This document shows, one piece after another, positions 58,246 to 64,000 of a stretch of DNA of 64,000 nucleotides (position 1 is the stretch's first letter; each line of letters starts with the position of its first letter). Where the stretch lies: the NCBI GenBank assembly GCA_005778225.1, contig SXPC01000069.1, forward strand, positions 3,806-67,805, written 5' to 3'. The position numbers were made by a program, and so were the translations under genes. This DNA comes from Planctomyces sp. GTDB lineage: Bacteria; Planctomycetota; Planctomycetia; Planctomycetales; Planctomycetaceae. The notes beneath the pieces were generated by a model, which was not told the origin of the DNA, searched no databases, and saw only the letters and a list, made by a program, of their open reading frames with translations.

Positions 58246-58641
58246 CTATTTTGGTTTGTTAGGTGGTCGGTGGTCGTCGTCGACGTACTCTTCCCTCGGT
58301 CCGAGTGTCGATTCCAGATCCTGCAAGTCTTTGTCATCGTCGCGAGTGACGAAGATCAGCGCTTCGATTGGAGCAATAACCGCCGTCTCACGGCCGGGAC
58401 GGCGGATATTCTCCATGTGTTCACGAGGCTGATGCGGAATATGAACCACTCGATCGACTCGGAAACAAAGTCCATGGTATGACGGACTCAAGTACTCGCC
58501 GACAACTGGCAATCGCGGAAACGGATAGACCGGATCTTTTAACGGTGGAACTTTGCATTCCTTCTCCGTCCAAGTCTTTGTTAATCGAACCATCGCATAG
58601 GTTCGAACTTCTGAGGCATACTCCGTGCGCTCTTCGCTCAT
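58246..58641 (-). CDS. Accessory hypothetical protein
   Basis: 131-aa ORF; FPRLPVVGEYL motif. Confidence 0.55.
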   Translation of the reverse strand: MSEERTEYASEVRTYAMVRLTKTWTEKECKVPPLKDPVYPFPRLPVVGEYLSPSYHGLCFRVDRVVHIPHQPREHMENIRRPGRETAVIAPIEALIFVTRDDDKDLQDLESTLGPREEYVDDDHRPPNKPK

Positions 58642-58748
58642 TTACTTCTCTTCCATGGGAAAGCAAATCCGTGGAGCTTCGCATCCCAGCGAAGTGGCAT
58701 AGCAGCCAAGATTGAAGGCGTCGTTCTTGACGCCAAACAAAAAGACAA

Positions 58749-58827
58749 ACGGGCAGCGAGAGATATCCAGGCTACTTATTCAAAAGCCCCGAGGAGAGTC
58801 ACCTATTCCCCGCTTCTCGCCGCCCGT
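58749..58827 (-). ncRNA. Putative three-way-junction RNA next to attR
   Basis: 13-bp closing stem ACGGGCGGCGAGA/TCTCGCTGCCCGT, GUGA-capped hairpin, second hairpin, U-rich tail. Confidence 0.45.
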
Positions 58828-58918
58828 GTGATCCTTTTTACGGTGGCGCAGCGGATTTATAGTCCGCAGCGCCAATCAGGTCGTATTTTCGAGAGTAAAG
58901 CCTTCCGCAGAAGGACTT

Positions 58919-58994
<76 letters not shown>

Positions 58995-59193
58995 ATCTGT
59001 GGAGATGGACACAAAACGAGACAATCAAATCGACTGTCGGTTCGCATCTGAGGCAGAATCTTAGTCAATCAGATCGTCTGATTCAATTTCGTACGCCCGG
59101 TTTTTCGGGTCTCCCTCCAAAATCTCGTCTGATCGTGATCCATCAGCAACGATCAGGCGATATGGAAAACAGCAGACGTCTTCAGATCAAAGC

Positions 59194-59526
59194 TTATCCC
59201 TTTGGATGGCTGATATCGCATTGGTGGACGACGCGGTTGATGATGACCTCCGCGCCGCACATTTCATAAACTTCTTCCGTCATTCTCGCGAAATCTTCGT
59301 CTGTACAGCGGACAGAGCCTTCAAGACAGTAGCCACTTGGGGTTCGTCGCACAGTCAAATCCTCGAACTCGAATCCACCATCGTGGAGCAGGCGGGTCTT
59401 GATGGATTCTTCTGGCAGATGCGGGTTCTCTGGTGACTGTGCCATGTACTCGAGCAGCGTTCGATACAGCCCGGAATCCGTTAAGGGATAATCCATCACA
59501 AAATCATCGGAATCCTGTGCTTTCAT
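59194..59526 (-). CDS. Hypothetical protein (BON-like)
   Basis: AAGGA RBS; LEGSV..VIINRVV. Confidence 0.5.
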   Translation of the reverse strand: MKAQDSDDFVMDYPLTDSGLYRTLLEYMAQSPENPHLPEESIKTRLLHDGGFEFEDLTVRRTPSGYCLEGSVRCTDEDFARMTEEVYEMCGAEVIINRVVHQCDISHPKG

Positions 59527-59688
59527 GGTGTATTCCTTTACGACACAGTGGTTTAAGCGATCCGACCCGCACAGCAACATTTTGAGTGAGTTGTTGCCAG
59601 ACATCGCAGGCCAACGCATCGATTATCACCAATGCGTTTCTCGGACGCAAGAGAAATATTCCCACTCAAGCCATTATGTCGCAGGAGT

Positions 59689-60732
59689 TTACTTCGAGGC
59701 AGCCATGGGAGGACGCACAGGCGCCGGGCAACAATTCAGCGGGCAGAAATCGTGGTTTGCCCCATATTTACCGATCGCCTGTTTCTCCGAACGCAGTCCG
59801 ATCCGCTCCTGGATCAATTCCCGGATCATGCCCACAAACTTGGGATGAACCCCCGCACTTTCCGCGCGAGCCATGTTCATGCCGAGCTCTTCGCATTTGT
59901 CTTTCGCCTCAACATCGAGATCGTACAGGACCTCCATGTGATCCGAGAGGAATCCAATCGGCGAGATGACAACATTCCTGACCCCCTGCTCGTTTAAACC
60001 TTGCAGATGATCGAGAATATCTGGTTCCAGCCAGGGATCTTGAGGTCGTCCGCTTCGGCTTTGATAAACGAGCTTCCAACGATCTGCGGGCAATTCCAGA
60101 CGCTCTGCAACGAGTCGGCAGGTCTCTTCCAACTGCTTCACATAGTCTGAGGAGTTCGCCATGCTCATTGGGATACTGTGAGCTGTGAAGGCGATGACGT
60201 AGGAGTTTTGGCCATTCTCTGGGAGTTTCGCAATGGCTTCCCGAACGCGTTCCGCATTGACATCGATGAAGTCAGGGTGGTTGTAGAACACGCGGATTTT
60301 ATCGATGACAGGCGCATCGTCGCCAACGATTTCCCGGGCCTGAATCAGGTTCTCACGGTACTGTCGACACCCCGAATAACAGCTGTACCCGCTAGTGACG
60401 TAAGCGAGCGCCCGCTTGATGCCATCCGCTTTCATCTTCTCGACGGTCTCAGGCAGCATGGGATGCCAGTTGCGATTCCCCCAATAGACAGGCAGGTCAA
60501 TGCCTGATCGCTTCAGTTCTGCTTCCAGAGCAGCGATGAACTCGCGATTCTGTTCGTTGATCGGGCTGACGCCATCGAACATCTCATAGTGATGAGCAAC
60601 TTCCAGCATCCGCTCGCGAGGCACATTCCTCCCACGAAGGACGTTTTCGAGAAATGGAATCACATCCTCCATCTTCTCCGGCCCACCAAAGGAAACCACC
60701 ATCACGGCATCATAAGCTGATTCTGGCATCAC
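59689..60732 (-). CDS. hemH: Ferrochelatase
   Basis: SFGGPE, FTAHSIP, YQSRSG..PWLEP, GFLSDHMEVLYDLD. Confidence 0.93.
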   Translation of the reverse strand: MMPESAYDAVMVVSFGGPEKMEDVIPFLENVLRGRNVPRERMLEVAHHYEMFDGVSPINEQNREFIAALEAELKRSGIDLPVYWGNRNWHPMLPETVEKMKADGIKRALAYVTSGYSCYSGCRQYRENLIQAREIVGDDAPVIDKIRVFYNHPDFIDVNAERVREAIAKLPENGQNSYVIAFTAHSIPMSMANSSDYVKQLEETCRLVAERLELPADRWKLVYQSRSGRPQDPWLEPDILDHLQGLNEQGVRNVVISPIGFLSDHMEVLYDLDVEAKDKCEELGMNMARAESAGVHPKFVGMIRELIQERIGLRSEKQAIGKYGANHDFCPLNCCPAPVRPPMAASK

Positions 60733-60785
60733 GATCTCGCAGTCTCTTTTGGTTCACATTCCTGAAGCTGTCTTCTCGTCCTGAA

Positions 60786-60892
60786 GTAGGGTGCTGGTGA
60801 GGCTTCGAACCGCACCAAATGCAGTTTCAAAAAGTGAATCACCGCTCGAAGCCACATTTGGTGCGGTTCGCAAAGCCTCACCAGCACCCTAC
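60786..60892. repeat. GTAG-type REPIN
   Basis: GTAGGGTGCTGGTGAGGCTT..CGAACCGCACCAAATG inverted against CATTTGGTGCGGTTCG..AAGCCTCACCAGCACCCTAC. Confidence 0.8.
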
Positions 60893-61070
60893 AAGACGTT
60901 GTCTACATTATTGCCAATCTTGCCAGAACGACCACTGACAAGCCCCTGTCTCTTTTGCACTTCCGAACTCTGCTACCTCTGCTTCCCACTGCAAGCTCCG
61001 CGTTCTAGTCTTCTCCTCTTCCTGAACGCATCTTGACTAAATTCCCATCTTCACTCAAGATACCGCCCGT

Positions 61071-62705
61071 TTGACGAACCGTAACCACAGGATGTGGGAC
61101 TTCCTCGATCTTTTGATCCGGTTAAACAGCATGGATGCTGATCCGATTTGGCGTTTGGAATCTCGCTCCAGCCGGCCGCTTATGGCCAGGCTGCTTCTGC
61201 CTCATGCGCAGCTGGTGAATGCGTCTGCCTCGCTCATGGTCAACGGCGTTTGCGAACGCAGCAATCGATGTCATCTGGGGGACTTGTTCGCGTGCATTCC
61301 GGGAAATCAGTCCAACGGCCTCAGCTACATTGACGATGCAATCAAGTCCGGCGCCCGGGCGTTTCTCCTTGACCGCCCACTGCCGCAACTTCCCTACCCG
61401 CAGCTGATCACCCCCACCGTCCGCGGCGATTTTTCCCGTTTATGCCATGCCCTGTCCGGGTTCCCATCACATGAACTCACGACCGCCGGCATCACCGGCA
61501 CTAACGGCAAAACGTCAACGACCTGGCTGCTGCAGGCGATCTGGCGGTCCATCGGCATTCGCTCGGGACTCATGGGAACGATTCATCACGAGACTGGTGG
61601 TTTCTCGCCGCACGCGAGCAACCTGACGACACCGACCTCTGCTCACCTGGCCAATCTCCTGCGAGAAACCCACGAGAATCACGCGACGCACACCGCCCTC
61701 GAACTCTCCAGCCATGCCCTTGATCAACAGCGTTGCGCGGGCCTGATGCTTGATGTCGCTGCGATCACCAACGTCACGCGAGATCACCTCGACTACCATG
61801 CCACCTTCGAGGATTACCTCGATGCAAAGGCACGCATCGCCTCTCACATCAAATCGGGCGGAACTCTCTGGCTGAACGAAGCCTCGGCCACCTATCACCA
61901 ACTGCGGGATGCCCTCGAAGGTCATCAGTTTGACCCGATCCGTCTACGAACTTTCGGCATGACCCCGCATGCGGATCTTTCAGCCAGTGACATTCGCCCG
62001 ACGAAGACCGGTTCCAGGTTCATTGTGACCCATCAAAGACAATCTGTCGAAACAACGCTGCACCTGGCCGGCCATCACAATATCGAAAACGCACTCACCG
62101 CGATCGCTTGCGCTCTTTCCACAGGCATCTCATTAAAAGACGCCTGCCACGGCGTTTCGACGCTCGCTCATGTCCCCGGACGCCTGCAGCGAGTCGACGC
62201 GGGCCAACCGTTAGATGTTTTCGTCGACTATGCACATACTCCGGATGGCTTGACCCGTGTCCTGCAGTCATTGCGTTCTCAGACAACCGGTCGGCTGATC
62301 GTCGTGTTTGGAGCGGGTGGAAACCGGGACATCGCCAAACGCCCTCTCATGGGAGACGCGGTCGCGAAGTATGCAGATGTCATGGTCCTTACCAGCGACA
62401 ATCCGCGTCATGAAGAGCCAATGTCGATCATCCACCAGGTCTTTGCGGGCATTCCCAATACCGCGACAGGGAACGTCGCCATCGAAGCTGACCGACACAA
62501 CGCCATCGCCTATGCACTCTCGAAAGCTGAACCCGGCGATACGGTCCTGATCGCTGGCAAAGGTCACGAGACAACTCAAACCATCGGCGATCAGGTGATC
62601 CCCTTTGATGACGCCCGCGTGATTCATTCCCTCCTCTCTGTCCCTCCGATTCTCCCCCTCGATCGACCAACCCCTGACACGCATCCCTGGAGAAAAACCG
62701 GTTGA
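61071..62705 (+). CDS. murE: UDP-MurNAc-tripeptide synthetase (mDAP-type)
   Basis: GITGTNGKTS, ELSSH, DHLDYH, DYAHTPD, DNPR, GKGHE; start uncertain. Confidence 0.93.
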   Translation: MTNRNHRMWDFLDLLIRLNSMDADPIWRLESRSSRPLMARLLLPHAQLVNASASLMVNGVCERSNRCHLGDLFACIPGNQSNGLSYIDDAIKSGARAFLLDRPLPQLPYPQLITPTVRGDFSRLCHALSGFPSHELTTAGITGTNGKTSTTWLLQAIWRSIGIRSGLMGTIHHETGGFSPHASNLTTPTSAHLANLLRETHENHATHTALELSSHALDQQRCAGLMLDVAAITNVTRDHLDYHATFEDYLDAKARIASHIKSGGTLWLNEASATYHQLRDALEGHQFDPIRLRTFGMTPHADLSASDIRPTKTGSRFIVTHQRQSVETTLHLAGHHNIENALTAIACALSTGISLKDACHGVSTLAHVPGRLQRVDAGQPLDVFVDYAHTPDGLTRVLQSLRSQTTGRLIVVFGAGGNRDIAKRPLMGDAVAKYADVMVLTSDNPRHEEPMSIIHQVFAGIPNTATGNVAIEADRHNAIAYALSKAEPGDTVLIAGKGHETTQTIGDQVIPFDDARVIHSLLSVPPILPLDRPTPDTHPWRKTG

Positions 62706-64000
62706 CCACCGCGCCCACCTTCACTGTCTCCCAGATCGCGTCGGCCCTCGAAGCCGACGTCCTCTTCCCTGCACCCCAGCACGAAACGATCACTGGTTTC
62801 TCGATCGACTCACGCTCAATTCAGCCGGGCCAACTGTTCTGGGCTCTTCCCGGCAAAACACACGACGCACACGTCTACCTGTCGGAAGCATTCTCGTCCG
62901 GTGCAACATCCGCCATCGTCAATCGAAATCATCCGATTGTCGCCGAGCTGATTTCCTCTGGCACGAATAATGGCGTCGATCAGCCACGCAATGTCATCGC
63001 CGTCAACGACACGTATCATGCCCTTCGTAAACTCGCGACGTGGCACCGAACTCACCTGGATACCCTCACTCTCGGCATCACTGGCAGTGTCGGCAAGACG
63101 ACAACTAAAGACTTTCTTCACGACTTGTTGTCAGCGCAGTTTCAAGGCCTGAAAACGCCGGGCAACTTCAACACTGATGTTGGATTACCGCTTTCGCTGC
63201 TTCAACTTTCGTCGCAGCACGAATTCGGCCTGTTTGAAATGGGGGCACGCTCGCCGGGCGATATTCGTCTGCTGGCTGACATCGTCCGTCCGGAAATCGG
63301 CTTGCTGACGGCTGTTGAACCTGCCCACCTCGAGACCTTCGGCGGAATGGACACGATCTACCAGACCAAATGGGAGTTGATCGAAGCACTGCCTACAACC
63401 GGCTTTGCAGTCATTAACGGCGATGACCCCAAGCTCAAGCGTTTAGCATCGCATCTTGACTGCAAGGTCCTTACGGTCGGATTCCAACCGGGCAACAGCC
63501 TGTCCTGCACGCATCAGCATATTGATCCTAAGCGAGGCATTCAGTTCGACGCAGACGGCGTGCATTATCAGACACGCCTCTATGGCAAGCCTTCCATTCA
63601 AGCCTGCATGTTCGCGATCGCGGTCGCAAGAGAGCTTGGAGTCGATGGTTCCCTAATCAAGCCCGCTGTGGAGTCCCTTGTTCACCCACCAGGACGCATG
63701 CAACCGCTGCGAGTCGGACGCTGGACGATTCTCGACGATACTTACAACGCCTCCCCAGCCTCGATGAAGGAAGCCGTCAATACCCTCGCCAACTGGCCCG
63801 AAGATCTGAAAAAGATCGTCATCGCGGGTTCCATGTTCGAACTTGGCAAACGTTGCTCGGAATACCATTTCCAGGTTGGCCAGCTCGTCGCGAAACGAGG
63901 CATCGATCAACTTCTGACCTGTGGCGAACAGGCCCTCGCAATGGCGCGTGGCGCGATCTCCTCCGGCATGTCCGGCGGTTGCGTCTCGGTCTTTCCTGAT
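62702..64000 (+). CDS. murF: UDP-MurNAc-pentapeptide synthetase (runs off the window)
   Basis: Hand translation from TTG 62702: IDSR, GITGSVGKTTTK, GNFN..GLP, EMG, DDTYNASP, MFELG. Confidence 0.9.
   Translation, partial: MTTAPTFTVSQIASALEADVLFPAPQHETITGFSIDSRSIQPGQLFWALPGKTHDAHVYLSEAFSSGATSAIVNRNHPIVAELISSGTNNGVDQPRNVIAVNDTYHALRKLATWHRTHLDTLTLGITGSVGKTTTKDFLHDLLSAQFQGLKTPGNFNTDVGLPLSLLQLSSQHEFGLFEMGARSPGDIRLLADIVRPEIGLLTAVEPAHLETFGGMDTIYQTKWELIEALPTTGFAVINGDDPKLKRLASHLDCKVLTVGFQPGNSLSCTHQHIDPKRGIQFDADGVHYQTRLYGKPSIQACMFAIAVARELGVDGSLIKPAVESLVHPPGRMQPLRVGRWTILDDTYNASPASMKEAVNTLANWPEDLKKIVIAGSMFELGKRCSEYHFQVGQLVAKRGIDQLLTCGEQALAMARGAISSGMSGGCVSVFPD

Overview
The window looks like a Planctomycete chromosome segment, judged by its tandem DUF1549/DUF1553 cytochrome-c plus DUF1501 pairs, smpB, hemH and murE-murF. 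An apparently intact ~38.9 kb HK97-like siphovirus prophage lies between two identical 55-bp direct repeats (19978-20032 and 58919-58973) that match the 3' part of a tRNA-CAT gene (58921-58994, minus strand). The prophage encodes a tyrosine integrase, a replication initiator with an internal iteron-like origin, HNH/terS/terL/portal/protease/capsid, a tail module with a clear -1 frameshift site, and a DNA methyltransferase. I found no recognisable CI-type repressor and no canonical endolysin. The most interesting signal is an apparently RNA-level control system. (i) The phage encodes a CsrA/RsmA homologue, and A(N)GGA-loop hairpins sit on the ribosome-binding sites of many phage genes, including the major capsid gene. 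(ii) A sigma70-type promoter drives a ~400-nt leader ahead of the integrase/early operon. This leader holds a three-way-junction RNA whose two loops are complementary, in antiparallel order, to downstream sites, as in P4 CI / P1 C4 antisense immunity. A second junction RNA lies next to attR. Other oddities are a cos-like site ~22 kb from terS, a degenerate 135-bp duplication in the candidate lysis cassette, and opposite-strand morons. All family calls come from motif recognition by eye; no database search or RNA folding was run.
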